From: Bugula neritina
Lineage: Eukaryota; Animalia; Bryozoa
Reading direction: 5' to 3'
Assembly: GCA_964035545.1 (NCBI GenBank)
Contig: CAXIUT010000183.1
Location: 1,302,001 to 1,366,000 of the forward strand
DNA length: 64,000 bases
The notes beneath the pieces are model-generated. The model had not been told where the DNA came from and searched no databases. It was given only the letters and a program-made list of their open reading frames with translations. The first letter of the stretch is position 1. The number at the start of each line of letters is the position of its first letter. Shown one piece after another: positions 1-17,700 of the stretch. The translations under genes were made by a program, and so were the position numbers.

Positions 1-2185
1 CATACTGAAATACACTGTGACATCCTGAAATATACTGCAACATTCTGAAATACACTGCTACATACTGAAATATACTGCAACATACTGCAACATACTGAAA
101 TACACTGCAACATACTACAACATACTGAAATACGCTGCAACACATTGAAATATACTGCAACATACCTAAATATACGGTAATATACCGAAATATACTGTAA
201 CGCATTGCAAAATAATGCAACATACTGAAATACACTGCGACACACTGAAATACGCTGCAAAATACTACAACATACTGAAATAAACTGTAACACATTGAAA
301 TACACTGCAAAACATTGAAAAATAATGCAATATACTGAAATATACTGTAACACACTGAAATATACTGCAACATACTGAAATACACTGTAACATACTGAAA
401 TATACTGTAACATACTGCAACATACTGAAATACACTGTAACATACTGAGATACACTGCCGCATACTGCAACATATTGACCTACACTGCAACACATTGAAA
501 TATATTGCAACTTATCGAATATATGGAAAACTACTGAAATTTACTGTAACGCATTGAAAAAGACTGCAACATACTGAAATATATTGCGACACATTGCAAT
601 ATACTGTTATATACTGAAAAATGCTGTATCACACTGAAATATACTGCAATTCGCTGAAATATACTGCAACATACTGAAATACACCGCAACATCCTACAAC
701 ATACTAAAATACACTGTAACATTTCGAAATACACTGCAACACATTGAATTATACTGCAACATAACGAAATATATGGTAAACTACTGAAATATATTTTAAC
801 AAATTGAAAAATACTGCAACATACTGAAATATACTGTAGCACACTGAAGTATACTGCAACATACTGAAATACACTGTAACATACTGAAATATACTGCAAC
901 ATACTGAAATACACTGCTACATACTGAAATATACTGCAACGTACTGCAACATACTGCAGCATACTGAAATACACTGCGACACACTGAAATACGCTGCAAA
1001 ATACTACAACATACTGAAATAAACTGTAACATGTTGAAATACACTGCAACACATTGAAAAATACTGCAACATACTGAAATATACTGTAACACACTGAAAT
1101 ATACTGCAACATACTGAAATACACTGTAACATACTGAAATATACTGCAACATACTGAAATACACTGCTACATACTGAAATATACTGCAACATACTGCAAT
1201 ACACTGTAAAATACTGAAATACACTGCAACATACTACAACATATTGAAATACACTGCAACACATTGAAATACACTGCAACTTATCGAATATATGGAAAAC
1301 TACTGAAATATACTGTAACGCATTGAAAAAGACTGCAACATACTGAAATATATTGCGACACATTGCAATATACTGTAATATACTGAAAAATGCTGTATCA
1401 CACTGAAATATACTGCAATTCGCTGAAATATACTGCAACATACTGAAATACACCGCAACATCCTACAACATACTAAAATACACTGTAACATTTCGAAATA
1501 CACTGCAACACATTGAATTATACTGCAACATAACGAAATATATGGTAAACTACTGAAATATATTTTAACAAATTGAAAAATACTGCAACATACTGAAATA
1601 TACTGTAACACACTGAAGTATACTGCAACATACTGAAATACACTGTAACATACTGAAATATACTGCAACATACTGAAATACACTGCTACATACTGAAACA
1701 TACTGCAACGTACTGCAACATACTGCAGCATACTGAAATACACTGTAACATACTGAAATACACTGCAACATACTACCACATATTGAAATACACTGCAACA
1801 CATTGAAATGTACTGCAACATACCGAAATATATGGTAAACTACTAAAATATACTGTAACACATTGAAAAATACTGCAACATACTGAAGTATACTGCGACA
1901 CCTAGCAATATACTGTAACATACTGAAATATGCTCTAGCACACTGAAATACAATGCAACTTACTGAAATATACTGCAACATACTGAAATACACTGCAACA
2001 TCCTACAATATGCTGAAATACACAGTAACATATTGAAATACACTGCAACATATTGAAATATACTGCAACACATTGAAATATACTGCGACATACCTAAATA
2101 TACGGTAATATACTGAAATATACTGTAACACATTGAAAAATACTGCAACATACTGAAATATACTGTAACACACCGAAATATACTG

Positions 2186-5100
2186 CAACATACTGAAATA
2201 CACTGTAACATACTGAAATACACTGCTACATACTGAAATATACTGCAACATACTGCAACATACTGAAATACACAGTAACATACTGAAATAAACTGCAACA
2301 TACTGAAATACACTGCTACATACTGAAATATGCTGCAACATACTGCAACATACTGAAATAAACTGCAACATACTACAACATATTGAAATACACTGCAACA
2401 CATTGAAATATACTGCATCATACCTAAATATACGGTAATATACTGAAATTCACTGTAACGCATTGCAAAATACTGCAACATACTGAAATTCACTGCGACA
2501 CACTGAAATACGCTGCAAAATACTACAACATACTGAAATAAACTGTAACATATTGAAATATACTGCAACACATTGAAAAATACTGCAACATACTGAAATT
2601 TACTGTAACACACTGAAATATACTGCAACATACTGAAATACACTGTAACATACTGAAATATACTGCAACATACTGAAATACACTGCTACATACTGAAATA
2701 TACTGCAACATACTGCAACATACTGCAATACACTGTAACATACTGAAATACACTGCAACATACTACAACATATTGAAATACACTGCAACACATTGAAATA
2801 CACTGCAACTTACCGAATATATGGTAAACTACTGAAATATACTGTAACGCATTGAAAAATACTGCAACATACTGAAATATATTGCGACACATTGCAATAT
2901 ACTGTAACATACTGAAAAATGCTGTAGCACACTGAAATATACTGCAATTCACTGAAATATACTGCAACATACTGAAATACACCGCAACATCCTACAACAT
3001 ACTGAAATACTTTGTAACATATTGAAATACACTGCAACACATTGAAATATACTGCAACATAACGAAATATATGGTAAACTAATGAAATATATTTTAACAC
3101 ATTGAAAAATACTGCAACATACTGAAATATATTTTAACACATTGAAAAATACTGCAACATACTGAAATACACTGCAACACATTGAAATATACTGCAACAT
3201 ACCGAAATATATGGTAAACTACTGAAATATACTGTAACACATTGAAAAATACTGCAACATACTGAAATACACTGTAACATACTGAAATAAACTGCAACAT
3301 ACTACAACATATTGAAATACACTGCAACAAATTGAAATATACTGCAACATACCTAAATATACGGTAATATACTGAAATTCACTGTAACGCATTGCAAAAT
3401 ACTGCAACATACTGAAATTCACTGCGACACACTGAAATACGCTGCAAAATACTACAACATACTGAAATAAACTGTAACATATTGAAATACACTGCAACAC
3501 ATTGAAATATACTGCAACATAACAAAATATATGGTAAACTACTGAAATAGACTTTAACACATTGAAAAATACTGCAACATACTGAAATACACTGTAACAT
3601 ACTGAAATATACTGCAACATACTGAAATACACTGCTACATACTGAAATATACTGCAACGTACTGCAACATACTCCAGCATACTGAAATACACTGTAACAT
3701 ACTGAAATACACTGTAACATAATGAAGTACACTGCAACACATTGAAATATACTGCAACATGCCAAAATATATGGTAAACAACTGAAATATACTTTAACAC
3801 ATTGAAAAATACTGCAACATACTGAAATATACTGCGACACTTTGCAATATACTGTAACATACCGAAATATGCTCTAGCACACTGAAATACACTGCAACTC
3901 ACTGAAATATACTGCAACATACTGAAATACACTGTGACATCTTGAAATATACTGCAACATTCTGAAATACACTGCTACATACTGAAATATACTGCAACAT
4001 ACTGCAACATACTGAAATACACTGCAACATACTACAACATACTGAAATACGCTGCAACACATTGAAATATACTGCAACATACCTAAATATACGGTAATAT
4101 ACCGAAATATACTGTAACGCATTGCAAAATAATGCAACATACTGAAATACACTGCGACACACTGAAATACGCTGCAAAATACTACAACATACTGAAATAA
4201 ACTGTAACACATTGAAATACACTGCAAAACATTGAAAAATAATGCAATATACTGAAATATACTGTAACACACTGAAATATACTGCAACATACTGAAATAC
4301 ACTGTAACATACTGAAATATACTGTAACATACTGCAACATACTGAAATACACTGTAACATACTGAGATACACTGCCGCATACTGCACCATATTGACCTAC
4401 ACTGCAACACATTGAAATATATTGCAACTTATCGAATATATGGAAAACTACTGAAATTTACTGTAACGCATTGAAAAAGACTGCAACATACTGAAATATA
4501 TTGCGACACATTGCAATATACTGTAATATACTGAAAAATGCTGTATCACACTGAAATATACTGCAATTCGCTGAAATATACTGCAACATACTGAAATACA
4601 CCGCAACATCCTACAACATACTAAAATACACTGTAACATTTTGAAATACACTGCAACACATTGAATTATACTGCAACATAACGAAATATATGGTAAACTA
4701 CTGAAATATATTTTAACAAATTGAAAAATACTGCAACATACTGAAATATACTGTAGCACACTGAAGTATACTGCAACATACTGAAATACACTGTAACATA
4801 CTGAAATATACTGCAACATACTGAAATACACTGCTACATACTGAAATATACTGCAACGTACTGCAACATACTGCAGCATACTGAAATACACTGTAACATA
4901 CTGAAATACACTGCAACATACTACCACATATTGAAATACACTGCAACACATTGAAATGTACTGCAACATACCGAAACATATGGTAAACTACTAAAATATA
5001 CTGTAACACATTGAAAAATACTGCAACATACTGAAATATACTGCGACACCTAGCAATATACTGTAACATACTGAAATATGCTCTAGCACACTGAAATACA

Positions 5101-8100
5101 ATGCAACTTACTGAAATATACTGCAACATACTGAAATACACTGCAACATCCTACAATATGCTGAAATACACAGTAACATATTGAAATACACTGCAACACT
5201 TTGAAATATACTGCAACATACCGAAATATATGGTAAACTACTGCAACATACTACAACATACTGAAATACACTGTAACATACTGAAATACACTGCTACATA
5301 CTGAAATATACTGCAACATACTGCAACATACTGAAATACACAGTAACATACTGAAATAAACTGCAACATACTGAAATACACTGCTACATACTGAAATATG
5401 CTGCAACATACTGCAACATACTGAAATAAACTGCAACATACTACAACATATTGAAATACACTGCAACACATTGAAATATACTGCATCATACCTCAATATA
5501 CGGTAATATACTGAAATTCACTGTAACGCATTGCAAAATACTGCAACATACTGAAATTCACTGCGACACACTGAAATACGCTGCAAAATACTACAACATA
5601 CTGAAATAAACTGTAACATATTGAAATACACTGCAACACATTGAAAAATACTGCAACATACTGAAATTTACTGTAACACACTGAAATATACTGCAACATA
5701 CTGAAATACACTGCAACATACTGAAATATACTGCAACATACTGAAATACACTGCTACATACTGAAATATACTGCAACATACTGCAACATACTGCAATACA
5801 CTGTAACATACTGAAATACACTGCAACATACTACAACATATTGAAATACACTGCAACACATTGAAATACACTGCAACTTACCGAATATATGGTAAACTAC
5901 TGAAATATACTGTAACGCATTGAAAAATACTGCAACATACTGAAATATATTGCGACACATTGCAATATACTGTAACATACTGAAAAATGCTGTAGCACAC
6001 TGAAATATACTGCAATTCACTGAAATATACTGCAACATACTGAAATACACCGCAACATCCTACAACATACTGAAATACTTTGTAACATATTGAAATACAC
6101 TGCAACACATTGAAATATACTGCAACATAACGAAATATATGGTAAACTAATGAAATATATTTTAACACATTGAAAAATACTGCAACATACTGAAATATAT
6201 TTTAACACATTGAAAAATACTGCAACATACTGAAATACACTGCAACACATTGAAATATACTGCAACATACCGAAATATATGGTAAACTACTGAAATATAC
6301 TGTAACACATTGAAAAATACTGCAACATACTGAAATACACTGTAACATACTGAAATAAACTGCAACATACTACAACATATTGAAATACACTGCAACAAAT
6401 TGAAATATACTGCAACATACCTAAATATACGGTAATATACTGAAATTCACTGTAACGCATTGCAAAATACTGCAACATACTGAAATTCACTGCGACACAC
6501 TGAAATACGCTGCAAAATACTACAACATACTGAAATAAACTGTAACATATTGAAATACACTGCAACACATTGAAATATACTGCAACATAACAAAATATAT
6601 GGTAAACTACTGAAATAGACTTTAACACATTGAAAAATACTGCAACATACTGAAATACACTGTAACATACTGAAATATACTGCAACATACTGAAATACAC
6701 TGCTACATACTGAAATATACTGCAACGTACTGCAACATACTCCAGCATACTGAAATACACTGTAACATACTGAAATACACTGTAACATAATGAAGTACAC
6801 TGCAACACATTGAAATATACTGCAACATGCCAAAATATATGGTAAACAACTGAAATATACTTTAACACATTGAAAAATACTGCAACATACTGAAATATAC
6901 TGCGACACTTTGCAATATACTGTAACATACCGAAATATGCTCTAGCACACTGAAATACACTGCAACTCACTGAAATATACTGCAACATACTGAAATACAC
7001 TGTGACATCCTGAAATATACTGCAACATTCTGAAATACACTGCTACATACTGAAATATACTGCAACATACTGCAACATACTGAAATACACTGCAACATAC
7101 TACAACATACTGAAATACGCTGCAACACATTGAAATATACTGCAACATACCTAAATATACGGTAATATACCGAAATATACTGTAACGCATTGCAAAATAA
7201 TGCAACATACTGAAATACACTGCGACACACTGAAATACGCTGCAAAATACTACAACATACTGAAATAAACTGTAACACATTGAAATACACTGCAAAACAT
7301 TGAAAAATAATGCAATATACTGAAATATACTGTAACACACTGAAATATACTGCAACATACTGAAATACACTGTAACATACTGAAATATACTGTAACATAC
7401 TGCAACATACTGAAATACACTGTAACATACTGAGATACACGGCCGCATACTGCAACATATTGACCTACACTGCAACACATTGAAATATATTGCAACTTAT
7501 CGAATATATGGAAAACTACTGAAATTTACTGTAACGCATTGAAAAAGACTGCAACATACTGAAATATATTGCGACACATTGCAATATACTGTAATATACT
7601 GAAAAATGCTGTATCACACTGAAATATACTGCAATTCGCTGAAATATACTGCAACATACTGAAATACACCGCAACATCCTACAACATACTAAAATACACT
7701 GTAACATTTCGAAATACACTGCAACACATTGAATTATACTGCAACATAACGAAATATATGGTAAACTACTGAAATATATTTTAACAAATTGAAAAATACT
7801 GCAACATACTGAAATATACTGTAGCACACTGAAGTATACTGCAACATACTGAAATACACTGTAACATACTGAAATATACTGCAACATACTGAAATACACT
7901 GCTACATACTGAAATATACTGCAACGTACTGCAACATACTGCAGCATACTGAAATACACTGTAACATACTGGAATACACTGCAACATACTACCACATATT
8001 GAAATACACTGCAACACATTGAAATGTACTGCAACATACCGAAACATATGGTAAACTACTAAAATATACTGTAACACATTGAAAAATACTGCAACATACT

Positions 8101-8340
8101 GAAATATACTGCGACACCTAGCAATATACTGTAACATACTGAAATATGCTCTAGCACACTGAAATACAATGCAACTTACTGAAATATACTGCAACATACT
8201 GAAATACACTGCAACATCCTACAATATGCTGAAATACACAGTAACATATTGAAATACACTGCAACACTTTGAAATATACTGCAACATACCGAAATATATG
8301 GTAAACTACTGCAACATACTACAACATACTGAAATACACT
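2186..8340. repeat. Higher-order tandem duplication, 3068-bp period, 2 copies (recurs at ~46433-52586)
   Basis: ORF offsets 2523/5591, 3219/6287, 4182/7250 and 4713/7781 all equal 3068. Confidence 0.9.
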
Positions 8341-11300
8341 GCAACACATTGAAATATACTGCGACATACCTAAATATACGGTAATATACTGAAATATACT
8401 GTAACACATTGAAAAATACTGCAACATACTGAAATATACTGTAACACACCGAAATATACTGCAACATACTGAAATACACTGTAACATACTGAAATACACT
8501 GCTACATACTGAAATATACTGCAACATACTGCAAGACACTGAAATACACAGTAACATACTGAAATAAACTGCAACATACTACAACATATTGAAATACACT
8601 GCAACACATTGAAATATACTGCAACATACCTAAATATACGGTAATATACTGAAATTCACTGTAACGCATTGCAAAATACTGCAACATACTGAAATTCACT
8701 GCGACACACTGAAATACGCTGCAAAATACTACAACATACTGAAATAAACTGTAACGTGTTGAAATACACTGCAACACATTGAAAAATACTGCAACATACT
8801 GAAATATACTGTAACACACTGAAATATACTGCAACATACTGAAATACACTGTAACATACTGAAATATACTGCAACATACTGAAATACACTGCTACATACT
8901 GAAATATACTGCAACATACTGCAACATACTGCAATACACTGTAAAATACTGAAATACACTGCAACATACTACTACAACATATCGAAATACACTGCAACAC
9001 ATTGAAATACACTGCAACTTACCGAATATATGGTAAACTACTGAAATATACTGTAACGCATTGAAAAGTACTGCAACATACTGAAATATATTGCGACACA
9101 TTGCAATAAACTGTAACATACTGAAAAATGCTGTAGCACACTGAAATACACTGCCATTCACTGAAATATACTGCAACATACTGAAATACACCGCAACATC
9201 CTACAACATACTGAAGTACACTGTAACATATTGAAATACACTGCAACACATTGAAATATACTGCAACATACCGAAATATATCGTAAACTACTGAAATATA
9301 CTGTAACACATTGAAAAAAACTGCAACATACTGAAATATACTGTAACAAACCGAAATATACTGCAACATACTGAAATACACTGTAACATACTGAAATATA
9401 CTGTAACATACTGAAATACACTGCTACATACTGAAATATGCTGCAACATACTGCAACATACTGAAATAAACTGCAACATACTACAACATATTGAAATACA
9501 CTGCAACACATTGAAATATACTGCAACATACCTAAATATACGGTAATATACTGAAATTCACTGTAACGCATTGCAAAATACTGCAACATACTGAAATTCA
9601 CTGCGACACACTGAAATACGCTGCAAAATACTACAACATACTGAAATAAACTGTAACATATTGAAATACACTGCAACACATTGAAAGATACTGCAACATA
9701 CTGAAATTTACTGTAACACACTGAAATATACTGCAACATACTGAAATACACTGTAACATACTGAAATATACTGCAACATACTGAAATACACTGCTACATA
9801 CTGAAATTCACTGCGACACACTGAAATACGCTGCAAAATACTACAACATACTGAAATAAACTGTAACATATTGAAATACACTGCAACACATTGAAAGATA
9901 CTGCAACATACTGAAATTTACTGTAACACACTGAAATATACTGCAACATACTGAAATACACTGTAACATACTGAAATATACTGCAACATACTGAAATACA
10001 CTGCTACATACTGAAATATACTGCAATACACTGTAACATACTGAAATACGCTGCAAAATACTACAACATACTGAAATAAACTGTAACATATTGAAATACA
10101 CTGCAACACATTGAAAGATACTGCAACATACTGAAATTTACTGTAACACACTGAAATATACTGCAACATGCTGAAATACACTGTAACATACTGAAATATA
10201 CTGCAACATACTGAAATACACTGCAACATACTGCAACATACTGCAATACACTGTAACATACTGAAATACACTGCAACATACTACAACATATTGAAATACA
10301 CTGCAACACATTGAAATACACTGCAACTTACCGAATATATGGTAAACTACTGAAATATACTGTAACGCATTGAAAAATACTGCAACATACTGAAATATAT
10401 TGCGACACATTGCAATATACTGTAACATACTGAAAAATGCTGTAGCACACTGAAATATACTGCAATTCACTGAAATATACTGCAACATACTGAAATACAC
10501 CGCAACATCCTACAACATACTGAAATACTTTGTAACATATTGAAATACACTGCAACACATTGAAATATACTGCAACATAACGAAATATATGGTAAACTAA
10601 TGAAATATATTTTAACACATTGAAAAATACTGCAACATACTGAAATATGTTTTAACACATTGAAAAATACTGCAACATACTGAAATACACTGCAACACAT
10701 TGAAATATACTGCAACATACCGAAATATATGGTAAACTACTGAAATATACTGTAACACATTGAAAAATACTGCAACATACTGAAATACACTGTAACATAC
10801 TGAAATAAACTGCAACATACTACAACATATTGAAATACACTGCAACAAATTGAAATATACTGCAACATACCTAAATATACGGTAATATACTGAAAGTCAC
10901 TGTAACGCATTGCAAAATACTGCAACATACTGAAATTCACTGCGACACACTGAAATACGCTGCAAAATACTACAACATACTGAAATAAACTGTAACATAT
11001 TGAAATACACTGCAACACATTGAAATATACTGCAACATAACAAAATATATGGTAAACTACTGAAATAGACTTTAACACATTGAAAAATACTGCAACATAC
11101 TGAAATACACTGTAACATACTGAAATATACTGCAACATACTGAAATACACTGCTACATACTGAAATATACTGCAACGTACTGCAACATACTCCAGCATAC
11201 TGAAATACACTGTAACATACTGAAATACACTGTAACATAATGAAGTACACTGCAACACATTGAAATATACTGCAACATGCCAAAATATATGGTAAACAAC

Positions 11301-14300
11301 TGAAATATACTTTAACACATTGAAAAATACTGCAACATACTGAAATATACTGCGACACTTTGCAATATACTGTAACATACCGAAATATGCTCTAGCACAC
11401 TGAAATACACTGCAACTCACTGAAATATACTGCAACATACTGAAATACACTGTGACATCCTGAAATATACTGCAACATTCTGAAATACACTGCTACATAC
11501 TGAAATATACTGCAACATACTGCAACATACTGAAATACACTGCAACATACTACAACATACTGAAATACGCTGCAACACATTGAAATATACTGCAACATAC
11601 CTAAATATACGGTAATATACCGAAATATACTGTAACGCATTGCAAAATAATGCAACATACTGAAATACACTGCGACACACTGAAATACGCTGCAAAATAC
11701 TACAACATACTGAAATAAACTGTAACACATTGAAATACACTGCAAAACATTGAAAAATAATGCAATATACTGAAATATACTGTAACACACTGAAATATAC
11801 TGCAACATACTGAAATACACTGTAACATACTGAAATATACTGTAACATACTGCAACATACTGAAATACACTGTAACATACTGAGATACACTGCCGCATAC
11901 TGCAACATATTGACCTACACTGCAACACATTGAAATATATTGCAACTTATCGAATATATGGAAAACTACTGAAATTTACTGTAACGCATTGAAAAAGACT
12001 GCAACATACTGAAATATATTGCGACACATTGCAATATACTGTAATATACTGAAAAATGCTGTATCACACTGAAATATACTGCAATTCGCTGAAATATACT
12101 GCAACATACTGAAATACACCGCAACATCCTACAACATACTAAAATACACTGTAACATTTCGAAATACACTGCAACACATTGAATTATACTGCAACATAAC
12201 GAAATATATGGTAAACTACTGAAATATATTTTAACAAATTGAAAAATACTGCAACATACTGAAATATACTGTAGCACACTGAAGTATACTGCAACATACT
12301 GAAATACACTGTAACATACTGAAATATACTGCAACATACTGAAATACACTGCTACATACTGAAATATACTGCAACGTACTGCAACATACTGCAGCATACT
12401 GAAATACACTGTAACATACTGAAATACACTGCAACATACTACCACATATTGAAATACACTGCAACACATTGAAATGTACTGCAACATACCGAAACATATG
12501 GTAAACTACTAAAATATACTGTAACACATTGAAAAATACTGCAACATACTGAAATATACTGCGACACCTAGCAATATACTGTAACATACTGAAATATGCT
12601 CTAGCACACTGAAATACAATGCAACTTACTGAAGTATACTGCAACATACTGAAATACACTGCAACATCCTACAATATGCTGAAATACACAGTAACATATT
12701 GAAATACACTGCAACACTTTGAAATATACTGCAACATACCGAAATATATGGTAAACTACTGCAACATACTACAACATACTGAAATACACTGCAACACATT
12801 GAAATATACTGCGACATACCTAAATATACGGTAATATACTGAAATATACTGTAACACATTGAAAAATACTGCAACATACTGAAATATACTGTAACACACC
12901 GAAATATACTGCAACATACTGAAATACACTGTAACATACTGAAATACACTGCTACATACTGAAATATACTGCAACATACTGCAAGACACTGAAATACACA
13001 GTAACATACTGAAATAAACTGCAACATACTACAACATATTGAAATACACTGCAACACATTGAAATATACTGCAACATACCTAAATATACGGTAATATACT
13101 GAAATTCACTGTAACGCATTGCAAAATACTGCAACATACTGAAATTCACTGCGACACACTGAAATACGCTGCAAAATACTACAACATACTGAAATAAACT
13201 GTAACGTGTTGAAATACACTGCAACACATTGAAAAATACTGCAACATACTGAAATATACTGTAACACACTGAAATATACTGCAACATACTGAAATACACT
13301 GTAACATACTGAAATATACTGCAACATACTGAAATACACTGCTACATACTGAAATATACTGCAACATACTGCAACATACTGCAATACACTGTAAAATACT
13401 GAAATACACTGCAACATACTACTACAACATATCGAAATACACTGCAACACATTGAAATACACTGCAACTTACCGAATATATGGTAAACTACTGAAATATA
13501 CTGTAACGCATTGAAAAGTACTGCAACATACTGAAATATATTGCGACACATTGCAATAAACTGTAACATACTGAAAAATGCTGTAGCACACTGAAATACA
13601 CTGCCATTCACTGAAATATACTGCAACATACTGAAATACACCGCAACATCCTACAACATACTGAAGTACACTGTAACATATTGAAATACACTGCAACACA
13701 TTGAAATATACTGCAACATACCGAAATATATCGTAAACTACTGAAATATACTGTAACACATTGAAAAAAACTGCAACATACTGAAATATACTGTAACAAA
13801 CCGAAATATACTGCAACATACTGAAATACACTGTAACATACTGAAATATACTGTAACATACTGAAATACACTGCTACATACTGAAATATGCTGCAACATA
13901 CTGCAACATACTGAAATAAACTGCAACATACTACAACATATTGAAATACACTGCAACACATTGAAATATACTGCAACATACCTAAATATACGGTAATATA
14001 CTGAAATTCACTGTAACGCATTGCAAAATACTGCAACATACTGAAATTCACTGCGACACACTGAAATACGCTGCAAAATACTACAACATACTGAAATAAA
14101 CTGTAACATATTGAAATACACTGCAACACATTGAAAGATACTGCAACATACTGAAATTTACTGTAACACACTGAAATATACTGCAACATACTGAAATACA
14201 CTGTAACATACTGAAATATACTGCAACATACTGAAATACACTGCTACATACTGAAATATACTGCAACATACTGCAACATACTGCAATACACTGTAACATA

Positions 14301-14760
14301 CTGAAATACACTGCAACATACTACAACATATTGAAATACACTGCAACACATTGAAATACACTGCAACTCACCGAATATATGGTAAACTACTGAAATATAC
14401 TGTAACGCATTGAAAAATACTGCAACATACTGAAATATATTGCGACACATTGCAATATACTGTAACATACTGAAAAATGCTGTAGCACACTGAAATATAC
14501 TGCAATTCACTGAAATATACTGCAACATACTGAAATACACCGCAACATCCTACAACATACTGAAATACTTTGTAACATATTGAAATACACTGCAACACAT
14601 TGAAATATACTGCAACATAACGAAATATATGGTAAACTAATGAAATATATTTTAACACATTGAAAAATACTGCAACATACTGAAATATATTTTAACACAT
14701 TGAAAAATACTGCAACATACTGAAATACACTGCAACACATTGAAATATACTGCAACATAC
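5770..14760. repeat. Higher-order repeat, 4450/4040-bp period, 2 copies plus a partial third (recurs at ~50016-59006)
   Basis: Offsets 5878/10328, 8176/12626 and 9158/13608 equal 4450; 10328/14368 equals 4040. The 410-bp difference is a local expansion at ~9800-10220. Confidence 0.88.
9590..10220. repeat. Local triplication of a ~210-220 bp block (recurs at ~53836-54466)
   Basis: Diagnostic TTGAAAGATA at 9681, 9891 and 10111; it occurs once (14131) in the sister 4040-bp copy. Confidence 0.85.
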
Positions 14761-17700
14761 CTAAATATACGGTAATATACTGAAATTCACTGTAACGCAT
14801 TGCAAAATACTGCAACATAATGAAATTCACTGCGACACACTGAAATACGCTGCAAAATACTACAACATACTGAAATAAACTGTAACATATTGAAATACAC
14901 TGCAACACATTGAAATATACTGCAACATAACAAAATATATGGTAAACTACTGAAATAGACTTTAACACATTGAAAAATACTGCAACATACTGAAATACAC
15001 TGTAACATACTGAAATATACTGCAACATACTGAAATACACTGCTACATACTGAAATATACTGCAACGTACTGCAACATACTCCAGCATACTGAAATACAC
15101 TGTAACATACTGAAATACACTGCAACATACTACCACATATTGAAATACACTGCAACACATTGAAATGTACTGCAACATACCGAAATATATGGTAAACTAC
15201 TAAAATATACTGTAACATATTGAAAAATACTGCAACATACTGAAATATACTGCGACACCTAGCAATATACTGTAACATACTGAAATATGCTCTAGCACAC
15301 TGAAATACAATGCAACACATTGAAATATACTGCAACATACCTAAATATACGGTAATATACTGAAATTCACTGTAACGCATTGCAAAATACTGCAACATAC
15401 TGAAATACACTGCAACATACTACCACATATTGAAATACACTGCAACATATTGAAATACACTGCAACACATTGAAAAATACTGCAACATACTGAAATATAC
15501 TGTAACACACTGAAATATACTGCAACATACTGAAATACACTGTAACATACTGAAATATACTGCAACATACTGAAATACACTGCTACATACTGAAATATAC
15601 TGCAACATACTGCAACGTACTGCAATACACTGTAACATACTGAAATACACTGCAATATACTACAACATATTGAAATACACTGCAACACATTGAAATACAC
15701 TGCAACTTACCGAATATATGGTAAACTACTGAAATATACTGTAACGCATTGAAAAATACTGCAACATACTGAAATATATTGCGACACATTGCAATATACT
15801 GTAACATACTGAAATATACTGTAACACACCGAAATATACTGCAACATACTGAAATACACTGTAACATACTGAAATATACTGCAACATACTGAAATACACT
15901 GCTACATACTGCAACATACTGCAACATACTGAAATACACTGTAACATACTGAAATAAACTGCAACATACTACAACATATTGAAATACACTGCAACACATT
16001 GAAATATACTGCTACATACCTAAATATACGGTAATATACTGAAATATACTGTAACACATTGAAAAAACTGCAACATACTGAAATACACTGCAACGCACTG
16101 AAATACACCGCAAAATACTACAACATGCTGAAATACACTGTAACATATTGAAATCCACTGCAACACATTGAAATATACTGCAACATACCGAAATATATGG
16201 TAAACTAATGAAATATACTGTAACACATTGAAAAATACCGCAACATACTGAAATATACTGCGACACATTGCAATATACTGTAACATATTGAAAAATGCTG
16301 TAGCACACTGAAATACACTGCAACATCCTACAACATACCTAAATATACTGTAACATATTGAAATACACTGCAAGAAATTGAAATAGACTGCAACATAACA
16401 AAATATATGGTAAACTACTGAAATAGACTTTAACACATTGAAAAATACTGCAACATACAGAAATATACTGTAACACACTGAAATATACTGCAACATACTG
16501 AAATACACTGTAACATTCTGAAACATACTGCAACATACTGAAATACACTGCTACATACTGAAATATACTGCAACATACTGCAAAATACTGCAACATACTG
16601 AAATACACTGTAACATATTGAAGTACACTGCAACACATTGAAATGTACTGCAACATGCCAAAATATATGGTAAACAACTGAAATATACTTTAACACATTG
16701 AAAAATACTGCAACATACTGAAATATACTGCGACACTTTGCAATATACTGTAACATACCGAAATATGCTCTAGCACACTGAAATACACTGCAACTCACTG
16801 AAATATACTGCAACATACTGAAATACACTGTGACATCCTGAAATATACTGCAACATTCTGAAATACACTGCTACATACTGAAATATACTGCAACATACTG
16901 CAACATACTGAAATACACTGCAACATACTACAACATACTGAAATACGCTGCAACACATTGAAATATACTGCAACATACCTAAATATACGGTAATATACCG
17001 AAATATACTGTAACGCATTGCAAAATAATGCAACATACTGAAGTACACTGCGACACACTGAAATACGCTGCAAAATACTACAACATACTGAAATAAACTG
17101 TAACACATTGAAATACACTGCAATACATTGAAAAATAATGCAATATACTGAAATATACTGTAACACACTGAAATATACTGCAACATACTGAAATACACTG
17201 TAACATACTGAAATATACTGTAACATACTGCAACATACTGAAATACACTGTAACATACTGAGATACACTGCCGCATACTGCAACATATTGAACTACACTG
17301 CAACACATTGAAATATATTGCAACTTATCGAATATATGGAAAACTACTGAAATTTACTGTAACGCATTGCAAAATAATGTAACATACTGAAATACACTGC
17401 GGCACACTGAAATACGCTGCAAAATACTACAACATACTGAAATAAACTGTAACACATTGAAATACACTGCAATACATTGAAAAATAATGCAATATACTGA
17501 AAAATGCTGTATCACACTGAAATATACTGCAATTCGCTGAAATATACTGCAACATACTGAAATACACCGCAACATCCTACAACATACTAAAATACACTGT
17601 AACATTTCGAAATACACTGCAACACATTGAATTATACTGCAACATAACGAAATATATGGTAAACTACTGAAATATATTTTAACAAATTGAAAAATACTGC

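Larger units (their letters stand above)
1..17500. repeat. Large near-identical segmental repeat, copy 1 (copy 2 at ~44238-61746)
   Basis: ORF-track offsets of 44237, 44247 and 44246 (265/44502, 1300/45547, 4713/48959, 17078/61324). Shared rare variants include CTGTTATAT, GCACCATATTGACC, CCTCAAT, CACGGCCGC, CTGGAATA and GAAAGTCAC. Confidence 0.93.
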
